Part shown: positions 9,514 to 18,637 of the stretch, one piece after another
Numbering within the stretch: position 1 is the first letter of the stretch
Layout: the number at the start of each line of letters is the position of its first letter
From: an uncultured Actinomycetota bacterium
GTDB lineage: Bacteria > Actinomycetota > Actinomycetes > JAFAQI01
Direction: 5' to 3'
Length of the DNA: 64,000 bases
Assembly (NCBI GenBank): GCA_963770565.1
Contig: CAVYQE010000001.1
Span: forward strand, 1,216,001 to 1,280,000
Notes under the pieces: generated by a model
Database searches by the model: none
Told to the model about the DNA's origin: nothing
The model's input: only the letters and a program-made list of their open reading frames with translations
Position numbers and translations under genes: made by a program

Positions 9514-10233
9514 TCAGGACCAGCGCGGGCGGATCGCTCCCCAGGTCGAGACGGCGGACTCGTTTCCGGTGATCGTGACCGCGGCCGGGCGGTGCCAGAG
9601 CCACAGGTAGAGCTGCGAAGCGGTCCCCGACACGGTTGCCTCGCTCGGACCTGCATCGCCGACCCGCGCCCCGGAGTCGTCGATCACGACCCGGATCGTC
9701 GGCCCGTCGCTCGGTGCGAGCAGGAGTGTCGAGGGCGTCATCCCCTTCTTCCGCCCGCCGAAGACGGTGACGATCTCATCGATGCCATCCAGGGCGAACG
9801 CGGTGTCGAACAGCGGCACGAGGCCAGCGGCAGTCTCCGCATCTGCGCGGTGGATCGCGGTCTCGTGGGCCTGTCGCCGGCACCAGAAGGCCACCGGCGG
9901 CAACGAGTCGGAGAACGCCGCGCAGACAAGGTCCGGCGGCGCGCTTCGCAGCGTCTCGACGAGAGCGCGGCGGCCCTCGGTGCACCACGCGGCCAGGTCG
10001 TCAGCGTCCGGCCCGGTTCCCACGGCGTCGCCTGCCACCGTCTCGAAGCTCTGCCGGGCCTCGCCCACGATGTCGGCGGCCCAGCGATGGATGCCACCGA
10101 TGTGGATCAGCAGGTCGCGCACGGCCCAGTCCGGGCAGGCCGGCACGGCCTCGTCAAAGCCGGCCGCCGTCGCGGCCTCGACCAGCTTTGTCCCCTCGGA
10201 CTCGACGTACGCGATGTGTTCCGCAGTCTGCAT
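9514..10233 (-). CDS. Mycothiol-dependent maleylpyruvate isomerase-family (MDMPI/DinB-like) protein
   Basis: VPACPDWAVRDLLIHIG..HRWA, RRQAHETAIHRADA, DGIDE. Confidence 0.88.
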   Translation of the reverse strand: MQTAEHIAYVESEGTKLVEAATAAGFDEAVPACPDWAVRDLLIHIGGIHRWAADIVGEARQSFETVAGDAVGTGPDADDLAAWCTEGRRALVETLRSAPPDLVCAAFSDSLPPVAFWCRRQAHETAIHRADAETAAGLVPLFDTAFALDGIDEIVTVFGGRKKGMTPSTLLLAPSDGPTIRVVIDDSGARVGDAGPSEATVSGTASQLYLWLWHRPAAVTITGNESAVSTWGAIRPRWS

Positions 10234-10247
10234 GGCCTCAGTGTTGC

Positions 10248-11189
10248 TCAGGCGTACGACGTTGCCGCGTAGGCCTCGACGTACGGCTCGAGCGCGGCAA
10301 GCACCGGCATTGCGACCCCGAGTTCCCTGCCCGTGGTGGTCACATCACGGTAGATCCGCGCGAGGTCGTCCCCGCCGGTGTGGCGCTCCATGATCAGCCG
10401 GGCGGCCCGGTCAACCTGGTACATGGTTCGGATGCCGGCAGCGACGTCACCCGCATCCGCGAGGAACATCTGCGCTTCTGGCCGCTGCCACGGATCGATG
10501 CCACGGGCTGCAACGACCGCAAGTCCCTCGCGTACGGCGAGCACTCCTTCGGTGAGCGCGTCGATATCGTCGAGGAAGGCCGCGACGTCGCCCGCCTTGA
10601 TCGCCGCGGCGATGATGCCCGCTTCGGTGGCGAAATGGACCCACAGCCACGCGAGCATGTCCGGTGGCCGCTCGACGCCCAAGTCGGATCCGGCGAATAG
10701 CTGCGCCACCCGTGCACTGCATGCGTCTGCCTGACGCTGGTCGCCGCTGACCACGACCTGATCGAGCAGCGCCGCATGGAGACGCGGTCCGGCGAACCCG
10801 CCGCCGGCAACCGGAAAGGCCCAGGTGTATCGACCGGCGAGGTGCGCCTCGACCGGTGCGAAGGTGTCCCACCAGTTGTTGAAAAGGGCTACGTCGCTCC
10901 CTGCAGCCGCCAGCGCCGGTAACAGATCCACGACCTGGTTGTGGTGGACGCTCGCCAGCACGAGCTCGAACCGGCCGGGCTCAAGGTGGTCAACTGTCGG
11001 CGGTCGGTAGGGGATCCGCCGCTCGCGAACCTGGCCCAGGCGGGCGTCGAGGAGCTCCACCTCGACTCCACCGTCCAGATGGCTCGCCCGACCCGAGCGG
11101 ACCAGGTGGGTGACCGCGGAGCCGGACTCGGCCAGCACTGCCCCGTAGATCGTCCCGATCACCCCGGTGCCCACGACGCAGATCTCCAT
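10248..11189 (-). CDS. Ketopantoate reductase (PanE/ApbA)-family oxidoreductase
   Basis: N-terminal VVGTGVIGTIYG Rossmann motif, FPVAGG, G.ELGVAMP tail. Confidence 0.75.
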   Translation of the reverse strand: MEICVVGTGVIGTIYGAVLAESGSAVTHLVRSGRASHLDGGVEVELLDARLGQVRERRIPYRPPTVDHLEPGRFELVLASVHHNQVVDLLPALAAAGSDVALFNNWWDTFAPVEAHLAGRYTWAFPVAGGGFAGPRLHAALLDQVVVSGDQRQADACSARVAQLFAGSDLGVERPPDMLAWLWVHFATEAGIIAAAIKAGDVAAFLDDIDALTEGVLAVREGLAVVAARGIDPWQRPEAQMFLADAGDVAAGIRTMYQVDRAARLIMERHTGGDDLARIYRDVTTTGRELGVAMPVLAALEPYVEAYAATSYA

Positions 11190-11315
11190 CGCTGACTCCC
11201 ATCAGGGCATCGCCGACTGCTGCTGCTTCCTCCCGACCACCGTGGCGCCACCGGCAAGAAGCGGCAAGTGCCAAAGGTCCCGTCCGTCAGTCGTGCGGGG
11301 CTCGTCGCAAGGCTT

Positions 11316-12278
11316 TCAGGGTCGACGCTCTAGCAGGGACTCGCAGAACTCGCAGAACCGCTCAGGTTCCTCGAAGTTGGGCAGATGGCCCGACTCCTCG
11401 AACCAGACGACGGCCTTGTGAGGAGCTCGGAGCAGGTCGGCGTACTCGGTGACCAGCTCGAACGGAACGGTGTAGTCCCTGCGGCCGCAGCAGAAATACA
11501 CCGGAACCTCCAGTTCTGGGATGTCACGGATGTGGTTGACGCCCATCTGCTGGTCCTCGAGGCTCGACAGGGAGAACATCGCTCCGGCGACGAACCTGAT
11601 GGGGTCGAGCGGACGGAGGTCGCGCAATGCAACGTTCTTCAGGATGGTGCCGGACATGGACCCCTGGTAGGTGGCTCCGTGGAATCTCGACAGCCATTTT
11701 CGCTGGACCCCGCCAGAGCGCAGCTTGGCGTACGGCGGTGGTCCGATCTGCTCCAGCTGCCGGATCGCCTTCTTGTTGGCCAGTCGCTTCGCTTCGCTCA
11801 GCGTGAACTCATACGACAACGTCTCGCCCCGCAGCATGTCGACCACTTGGCCGATCCCGACATACGCGGTGAGCAGTTCGGGCCTCTTTGCGGCCAGGCG
11901 CAGTCCGATGATGCTGCCCCACGAATGCCCCACGAGGATCAGTCCAGGCGAGCCGAAACGCTGCAGGAGCGTCTCCACCAATTGTTCGGCATCTTCGACG
12001 AAGCGCTCGATCGTCATGTCTTCCTTGCGGAGCGAGCGCGAGTAGGACCTGCCGGCGCCCCGCTGATCCCAGTTGACGACGAGGAACCTTCGCGCCAGCT
12101 CCTTCTGTGTCCTTCTGGAGAACGCGATCTGCGCAGTGCCGGGGCCTCCGTGCAGGAAGAGGATCGGTGGGCTGCCGACGTCGTCCGATCGCAGCGATAT
12201 CCATTGGGTGATGCCGCCAATCGTGAGGCCTTCGATCGTGTCGATCCCGGTGCCACTGTGCTCGCCGTGGTGCCTCAT
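11316..12278 (-). CDS. Alpha/beta hydrolase (proline iminopeptidase-like)
   Basis: LHGGPG, WDQRGAGRS, GHSWG nucleophile elbow, FEESGH. Confidence 0.88.
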   Translation of the reverse strand: MRHHGEHSGTGIDTIEGLTIGGITQWISLRSDDVGSPPILFLHGGPGTAQIAFSRRTQKELARRFLVVNWDQRGAGRSYSRSLRKEDMTIERFVEDAEQLVETLLQRFGSPGLILVGHSWGSIIGLRLAAKRPELLTAYVGIGQVVDMLRGETLSYEFTLSEAKRLANKKAIRQLEQIGPPPYAKLRSGGVQRKWLSRFHGATYQGSMSGTILKNVALRDLRPLDPIRFVAGAMFSLSSLEDQQMGVNHIRDIPELEVPVYFCCGRRDYTVPFELVTEYADLLRAPHKAVVWFEESGHLPNFEEPERFCEFCESLLERRP

Positions 12279-12314
12279 TGCGCGCCTCCAATGGCCGGAT
12301 TCGTCGGGTGGCGT

Positions 12315-13274
12315 CTACGGGACGATGACGGTGCGCTGGCCGGGAGGGCATTCGCTGGTCCAGGCTGCTTCGACGTCGCGGAGCGGGACAGGCCGAGGCA
12401 CCAGCCGGAAGCGGCCGGCGCTGATCTCGTCGATCAGCGCCGGCAGCTCGGCGAGGTATCCCGCGGTTGAGACCGCGCCTTGGCCGTTGCCTTGGATCCG
12501 CAGGTTCGCCGACCGGAGTACGACGGAGGGTAGTTGCAGGGTGCTGCCGGCCACCGCGCCGATCTCGATCCAGTCGATGGCCCGGCTGCGGTCGGCGCGC
12601 GCGGTGAGCAGGGCCATCATGGCGTGCTGAGTGGGCGCACCCCAGAGGTAGTCGATGACGATGTCGACGTCGGCTGCGACGCTGGCGAGCGCAGCCGCGG
12701 TGACCGCGTCGTCCTCCGTGAGTTGTACGACGTCGTCAGCGCCGAGCCCGATCAGCGCCGCCAGCCGATCCGGATCGCGGCCGGCGCCGATGACCCGGCC
12801 GGCGTGGAGATGTTTGGCGATCTGCACTGCCATCGTCCCTGCGTTGCCGGTCGCGCCGAGCACCAGCACGCTTTGCCCCGGCTGCAGCGGGACCCGCCGG
12901 CGGAGCGCGACCCATGCCGACATTGCGGGGTTCATGGCGGCTGCGATCAACTCGGCGTTCGCGGTTTCGGGCAGCACGACCGCGCGCCGCATGTCGATGA
13001 CGGTCTTCTCGGCCATCGGGCCCGGCATCTCGTCATCCGCGACGAAGTAGACCCGGCGCCCATCGCTGAGCCGGCCGACACCATCGACGCCTGGGATCAT
13101 CGGCAGCTTGCCCGTGCTCGTGTAGTGCTGGCCCGAGGCGTCGGTCCTGACCCGAGGGTGTAGGCCGACAGTCAGGACCTCCACCAGTTGCTGGTTCTCA
13201 TCCGTACAGGCCGGGACGTCGACCGGGAGGTAGTGCGGCGGCTCAGAGAAGGAGGTGACGACCGCGGCGTGCAT
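12315..13274 (-). CDS. MDR-family (quinone oxidoreductase-like) NAD(P)-dependent oxidoreductase
   Basis: PMIPGVDGVG, NPAMSAW, VLVLGATGNAG, IVIDYLWG. Confidence 0.85.
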   Translation of the reverse strand: MHAAVVTSFSEPPHYLPVDVPACTDENQQLVEVLTVGLHPRVRTDASGQHYTSTGKLPMIPGVDGVGRLSDGRRVYFVADDEMPGPMAEKTVIDMRRAVVLPETANAELIAAAMNPAMSAWVALRRRVPLQPGQSVLVLGATGNAGTMAVQIAKHLHAGRVIGAGRDPDRLAALIGLGADDVVQLTEDDAVTAAALASVAADVDIVIDYLWGAPTQHAMMALLTARADRSRAIDWIEIGAVAGSTLQLPSVVLRSANLRIQGNGQGAVSTAGYLAELPALIDEISAGRFRLVPRPVPLRDVEAAWTSECPPGQRTVIVP

Positions 13275-13421
13275 CTGTTCCAACAGAGGGCCCTTCTGCG
13301 ATTCGACGAGGACATCGCCGGTCATTGGTCAGTGTCGCCCATCAGTGGGCGGCTGCGATCCATCGCGTCGTCACGTTCGGCTCGGTGAACCAGGCACTGC
13401 GGTCCGTTCGTGAACAGCGGT

Positions 13422-14063
13422 ATGGAGCAGCTACTGAGCATTGAGGGTCTCAAGCTCCGGGCGCTCGTCGAGGACCACCATGAGTCGGCGCGGTCGCACC
13501 TCGCCGCACCGACCGGGCCAACCCTGTCGGGGGTGGTGTGGCTGTCGGCGCACCTCTCGGCGATCGAGCACGCGATCTACCACGCGTTGCCGCCCGGCAC
13601 ATCGTCCCGAACCGCCGTTGATGCCGACCAGGCGATCGCCCGTAGGCTCAAGCGTGGGCTTCGTCTCCTCGAGCGGCAACTGACGGGCGACTCGACAGCG
13701 CCCACCGGGTTCGCCGGCACCACCTTGATGACTGCACTCGACGCGCATGACCGCTCGGAGCTGAGCATGATCGAGGTGCTCGACCGGTCGCTGACGCCTG
13801 ACCAGATGCGTACTGTGCTCGACCGGTACCGCGACGCCTTGCAACACGGACCGACCCGCCCGCACCCCCACGGTCGGCACGCCGGAGCCATCGAACCCTT
13901 GATGTTCGCGCTCAACAGTGCCGCGGACCGGATCATGGACGCCCTCGACTCGCGGCCAAGCCCGCTGCCACGTACACCGAGGAGCCCGCGGCGTCTCGGC
14001 AAGTGGAGCCTCTACGTCCTCGGGGTCGGCTCGACCGGCACCGACGAGCCGCGGAGCCCCTAG
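13422..14063 (+). CDS. Hemerythrin-like (HHE cation-binding) domain protein
   Basis: HLSAIEHAIY and H.RSE helical motifs, actinobacterial PTRPHPH tail. The set of metal ligands looks degenerate. Confidence 0.55.
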   Translation: MEQLLSIEGLKLRALVEDHHESARSHLAAPTGPTLSGVVWLSAHLSAIEHAIYHALPPGTSSRTAVDADQAIARRLKRGLRLLERQLTGDSTAPTGFAGTTLMTALDAHDRSELSMIEVLDRSLTPDQMRTVLDRYRDALQHGPTRPHPHGRHAGAIEPLMFALNSAADRIMDALDSRPSPLPRTPRSPRRLGKWSLYVLGVGSTGTDEPRSP

Positions 14064-14100
14064 ACGGGCATGGCGTCGTCGGTCGTTCCGCTCGCTAGGT

Positions 14101-14859
14101 TCAGTGCTTGTCGGACTGCAGAGCGTTGGCGAGGGTGCCTTGTGCGGCTTGCTCGCTGACCTTGTCGCCACCCGGCCCATGCAGGACAAACGCGATCCCG
14201 ACGGCCGCGACGACGCCGGCGAGCGGTCCCGCGACGTACACCCAGTAGCTGGTGAATGTCGTGGATGCAAGGTCCGGGCCGAAGGTGCGGGCCGGGTTCA
14301 TCGACGCGCCGGAGATCGGGCTGCCCCACAGCCCGGCCAAAGCGACATAGCCGCTGACGCCGAGAGCGCCGAAGATCCCGACGTTCTGGGCGCCGGAGGC
14401 GGTGCCCAGGATCACACTGACCAGCCCGACGGTGAGGATGAACTCCATCCAGAACGCCGCCCCGGCCGAGTAACCCGCTGCTGGAAAGTTCGATCCGTAA
14501 CTGGCGGAGACGTTGATCACAGCATGCAGGAACAGTGCCGCGAGGGTGGCCCCGACGAGCTGGACCAGGACGTAGCCCGGGACTCGCTGCCACGGGAAGT
14601 CACGTCGGAGCGCAAAGGCGATGCTGACTGCCGGGTTGAGATGGGCGCCGGAGATCTTGCCCATGAACAGGATGATCGCCATCACCATCAGGGCCGGTGC
14701 AACGACGGCGGCTTGGTGGCTGATGACTCCCGGGAAGGCGTGGCCCATCATGCCGGCGCCGGCCGCGACCAGCACCAGGAAGAAGGTGCCGAGCAGCTCG
14801 GCGAACAACCGCCGCCACTCTTGCCGTGGATCGTTGAAGTCGGCGATCCGCTTGAGCAC
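14101..14859 (-). CDS. Aquaporin/MIP family channel
   Basis: Two NPA motifs (SGAHLNPAVS, GASMNPART), AELLGTF. The true start may lie further upstream. Confidence 0.92.
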   Translation of the reverse strand: MLKRIADFNDPRQEWRRLFAELLGTFFLVLVAAGAGMMGHAFPGVISHQAAVVAPALMVMAIILFMGKISGAHLNPAVSIAFALRRDFPWQRVPGYVLVQLVGATLAALFLHAVINVSASYGSNFPAAGYSAGAAFWMEFILTVGLVSVILGTASGAQNVGIFGALGVSGYVALAGLWGSPISGASMNPARTFGPDLASTTFTSYWVYVAGPLAGVVAAVGIAFVLHGPGGDKVSEQAAQGTLANALQSDKH

Positions 14860-14923
14860 GGCCCGTTCGTAGTGGGCGAGCGGACCCGCTTGGACTCCGT
14901 CGCTGCTCGTGGGGTGCTCCGTC

Positions 14924-15226
14924 TCACGCCTCGTAACGGGTGGGCGGGAACGGGTGCTCCTCGGTCAGCGGGTAGAGCTCGCCCTCGGACGCTTGCCGAT
15001 CGATCTCAGCACCTTCCTCCAGGTATTCCTCGGTCTCGGTGACGTCGAACTCCTGGCCCTCATCAGTTGCTGCCGGGACATCCGCGGGGTCGTAGTCATC
15101 GAGTCCCGCCGCCACCCGCTCGCTCTCGGTCCGCTGGGCAAGCGCGTCATCATCGGGATGGGTGGGTGCGCCGCCGTGCTCGCGCCGGTCCCGGCGAATC
15201 TCTTGCCCCTCGTCATTCGTTGACAT
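14924..15226 (-). CDS. Small, very acidic hypothetical protein (100 aa)
   Basis: GGAGG RBS before the ATG at 15226; D/E-rich sequence MSTNDEGQ...DDYDPADVPAATD. Confidence 0.7.
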   Translation of the reverse strand: MSTNDEGQEIRRDRREHGGAPTHPDDDALAQRTESERVAAGLDDYDPADVPAATDEGQEFDVTETEEYLEEGAEIDRQASEGELYPLTEEHPFPPTRYEA

Positions 15227-15492
15227 CGAACCTCCCAGATGTTCGGTCACTGCAACGATAGGTCTCGCATGCGGGTGGTCAGCGCGCGGCCAGGTGCCAG
15301 CGGTAAGGCACGACCAAGCGAGTGAGCGAGCGCTCCGGACGCCACGTGCCCGGTCGGTACGGCTCAACCGCCGGCGGACTCTCCAGCAGGCATGGGCAAA
15401 CCTCCCATCGCCGTTCGACCGGCTCCGATCGTCGATCACCGGGATGTAGCCGCGGCGTTCGTGCCGAACGCGGCCGGCCCTCAGCCGACTGG

Positions 15493-15825
15493 CTATGCCG
15501 GGTCGGCTTGATCCGGCGTCAAAGCGAATCCGTCGGCGTAGCACCAGCCCCACGTGTCGCCGGCGGACTGGTTGGCAATCACGGCGTGCCCGGTGTCGGT
15601 GAAGTGCGCAGTCGCATGGCGACGGGGCGAGGACTCACAGCAACCGGTATGGCCGCAGACCAAGCAGCGTCGGAGCTCAACCCAGGTGGTGCTGTCGTTC
15701 GGGCATTCCTTGCAGGCGTCCGGTGGATCTGCCGGGGCCGGTGGTACCGCGATCGTGTGGAGATGGCCGCAGATCACCGCCCGAGCTCCGGGCTGGTCGT
15801 CCCACAGCTCGTGCCATCCGTTCAT
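15493..15825 (-). CDS. UBP-type zinc finger domain protein
   Basis: CGHL...CKEC...WVELRRCLVCGHTGCCESSPRRHATAHF..TGH...WGWCY.D. Confidence 0.88.
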   Translation of the reverse strand: MNGWHELWDDQPGARAVICGHLHTIAVPPAPADPPDACKECPNDSTTWVELRRCLVCGHTGCCESSPRRHATAHFTDTGHAVIANQSAGDTWGWCYADGFALTPDQADPA

Positions 15826-15984
15826 GGCTCCACCATCGCTCTGCCCACGGCTTCCCCTTTCGCTGCCCCCGGCCAGGCCATCATGCCGGTTCGCCAACGC
15901 ACGACGCCGCGACCGGTCGCTCAGGTCATCTGACCGCCGCTTTCGGGGCGGTCAGGACCGTGGGCGACCAGTCGCGGGCGCCGG

Positions 15985-16785
15985 TTACAGGTGGTGGTCG
16001 GCCATCCAGCCGAGGCACGCCTCAGCGACCCCCTGCCAGCCGTGATCGATGGTGAGGGAGTGTCCGCGGTCCTCGAACTCGAGCAGGTCGGTCTCGGCGT
16101 TCGAATGCCGGTACTGCTTCAGGGTGGACTTCGTGATCGCCTCGGGGACGGTGTGGTCCTGACCGCCCATGACCAGCAGCAGCGGACCGCGCTGCTGATT
16201 GTCGGTAGCAACCTTCGCGGGGGAGTGCAGGGAGAAGTTCGCACTCGCCGCTTCGAATAGTGGGAGCCCTGGTGCCGGGATCGCCCAGCGCTCGAAGAGC
16301 GTGTTCGACTCGTCTTCGGGGATGGCGTTTCCGAAGCTGTATCGGAACTGCTCGGCGGTGAGTGACACGGCCTTGTGCCTGTTGGTCGGGTTCTTGAACA
16401 CCGGCAGTGTCGAGTGCAGCGCAGACAGCGGAAGCGGGAGGACTCCCTTGATCTGCGCGGCGTCGATCCCGATCGCGGCCGCACCGTAGTTCTCGCCGAG
16501 CAGCTTCTGGGCGATCATGCCGCCGAAGGAGTGCCCGATGATCACTGGCAGCGCGGTGAGGTCCTCGATGATCTTGACGTAGTGCTCGGTGACCTCCTCG
16601 ATGCCACGGTTCGCGAGCGCGTCCGGGTTCTCGCGAGCGCCCGCAACTGTGCCGGGGTCGCCGGGCCAGCCAGGTGCGATCGGCGCGTAGCCGTTCTGCT
16701 CGAACAGTGCGATCCAGGGCTCCCAGGACGAAGCGTGGAGCCAGAGACCGTGGATGAACACGACTGGCGTGGGTTGCGTACTCAT
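15985..16785 (-). CDS. Alpha/beta hydrolase (non-heme haloperoxidase/esterase-like)
   Basis: VVFIHGLW, IGHSFGG, GGQDHTVP, RGHSL; AAAGGAG RBS. Confidence 0.88.
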   Translation of the reverse strand: MSTQPTPVVFIHGLWLHASSWEPWIALFEQNGYAPIAPGWPGDPGTVAGARENPDALANRGIEEVTEHYVKIIEDLTALPVIIGHSFGGMIAQKLLGENYGAAAIGIDAAQIKGVLPLPLSALHSTLPVFKNPTNRHKAVSLTAEQFRYSFGNAIPEDESNTLFERWAIPAPGLPLFEAASANFSLHSPAKVATDNQQRGPLLLVMGGQDHTVPEAITKSTLKQYRHSNAETDLLEFEDRGHSLTIDHGWQGVAEACLGWMADHHL

Positions 16786-17368
16786 GAGTCTCCTTTGCTG
16801 GTGGCTGAAGTGCTTCGGTAGCGGCTCACGTCGCGACAGCGGCCTTCTCGATATCGGCTTCGCGACCGCAGTCGGCGTGCTGACCATCGGAAGAGGCGAG
16901 GTCTTCCGCCTGGCGATGCGGCGCCGGCGTGATGCTCCATCGCCAGTTGGCGGACGACCCGTGGTCACCCTAATCAAGGGTCCCGATCTCGGCTCCCAGC
17001 GGGGTCGGTCGCCGGTGTGAATACCTACCGGGCGTACCGCGAGCCCTGCCTGCGTCACCCGGCCTCCACCACCGTTAAGCCAACCGGGCCGCGAGGGCCG
17101 TTCGAGTCGCCTGCAGTGTGCCGGCGTTCGAGCGGCCCTCGCGCATCTGTCGCGATGGTCCAGCACCGGCCAGGTGAACGGCCACGTACCGTTGGCGCCA
17201 CGGCGCAAGATCCGGAGATGGTGGCCTGATGCGTTGAGTGTGGGGGCGCGGACGTGCGGCTGCCCGTTACGACGGATCGTCCCCGAATGGTCCGGCGGCC
17301 CACTCCGGACCGACCTCTTCGCCGAGCAAGGCGGACAGAATGAACGTCGCGACCAGGAGGTAGCTGTC

Positions 17369-18442
17369 ATGGATACGACGACGACATTCGCCGCGGATGC
17401 TGGCCGGTACGACGCGATGGGCTACCGCCGGTCGGGGCGGAGCGGGGTCTTCCTGCCGCTGGTGTCGTTGGGGTTCTGGCAGAACTTCGGCGGTGACCGC
17501 CCGTTGGAGCTCCAGCGTTCGATTGTGCGTCGGGCGTTCGACCTCGGCATCACGCACTTCGACCTGGCGAACAACTACGGGCCGCCGTATGGCGTCGCGG
17601 AAGAGAACGTCGGGCGGCTGCTGGCCCAGGACTTCGCGGGCTACCGCGACGAGCTCATCATCAGCACAAAGGCGGGCTGGGATATGTGGCCCGGCCCGTA
17701 CGGCGATCACGGGTCGCGGAAGTATCTGTTGGCCAGCCTCGACCAGTCCTTGTCGCGGCTCGGCCTGGACCACGTCGACATCTTCTACTCGCATCGCCCG
17801 GATCCGGGGACGCCGTTGGAGGAGACGATGGGCGCCCTGCACACCGCGGTACAGCAGGGCAAGGCACTCTACGTCGGGATCTCTTCCTACGGTCGGGAGC
17901 GCACCCGGCAGGCCGCAGCGATCCTGCGCGACCTCGGCACGCCATTGCTGATCCACGAACCGTCGTACTCGATGCTCAACCGATGGGTCGAGCACGGCCT
18001 GCTCGACGTCCTCGAGGAGATCGGCGCCGGCGCGATCGCCTTCACGGCTCTTGCGCAGGGATTGCTCACGCCGAAATACCTCGACGGCATCCCGGGGGAC
18101 TCGCGGGCTGCAGCCCACAACTCCACCCTGTCCCAAGATGTGTTGACCTCACATCGGCAGCGCTTGCGTGAGCTCAACATGCTCGCGGCCGAGCGGGGGC
18201 AATCACTGCCACAGATGGCGCTGTCGTGGGTGCTGCGGGATCCGCGCGTCACCTCCGTCGTGGTGGGCGCCAGCTCGGTCCGGCAACTCGAGGACAACAT
18301 CGCGGCCACCGAACAACTCGAGTTCACCTCGGACGAGCTCGCGGCGATCGACGAAGTCGCCACGGACGACCCTCAGGTCGACCTGTGGCGAGACCAGTCC
18401 CAGATCGGCGTCGACCCGCGCGCCCCGCACAATCTGAGCTGA
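17369..18442 (+). CDS. Aldo/keto reductase (YghZ/Gpr-like, L-glyceraldehyde-3-phosphate/methylglyoxal reductase family)
   Basis: GITHFDLANNYGPP, ISTKAGWDMWPGPYG, VDIFYSHRPD; AGGAGG RBS. Confidence 0.9.
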   Translation: MDTTTTFAADAGRYDAMGYRRSGRSGVFLPLVSLGFWQNFGGDRPLELQRSIVRRAFDLGITHFDLANNYGPPYGVAEENVGRLLAQDFAGYRDELIISTKAGWDMWPGPYGDHGSRKYLLASLDQSLSRLGLDHVDIFYSHRPDPGTPLEETMGALHTAVQQGKALYVGISSYGRERTRQAAAILRDLGTPLLIHEPSYSMLNRWVEHGLLDVLEEIGAGAIAFTALAQGLLTPKYLDGIPGDSRAAAHNSTLSQDVLTSHRQRLRELNMLAAERGQSLPQMALSWVLRDPRVTSVVVGASSVRQLEDNIAATEQLEFTSDELAAIDEVATDDPQVDLWRDQSQIGVDPRAPHNLS

Positions 18443-18475
18443 CGCCGCCGACCGCCTGGTCAGCCGGGACGTGTA

Positions 18476-18520
18476 CCAGGGCTTCCTACGGGCGCGACGG
18501 GCCGGCGTCAGAGCCACGCT
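18476..18520 (+). promoter_or_regulatory. Conserved island promoter element (copy 1) upstream of dyp-encapsulin
   Basis: CCAGGG-CTTCCT-ACGGGCGCGA, 17-bp spacer, CACGCT. Confidence 0.7.
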
Positions 18521-18637
18521 GATCTCGACCCGACGGATGGAGGTCTCCTGGCTCCACTCTTGCCCTCGCGTCACCAAACCACTAGGCGATGTCGGTCGCG
18601 ACGCGGAGTGCTTGGATGGGTCGGCGAGGTGATTGAC

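Noticed and set aside
16950-16985. Possible extra copy of the island promoter (GACGACCCGT-GGTCAC-CCTAAT)
   Set aside because: Poor match, wrong spacing and no nAnnnT at 17-18 bp.
18535-18580. CCTGGCTCCA, identical to the variant decamer at 39148
   Set aside because: It lacks the upstream CCAGGG hexamer and a matching -10, so it was not counted as a copy.
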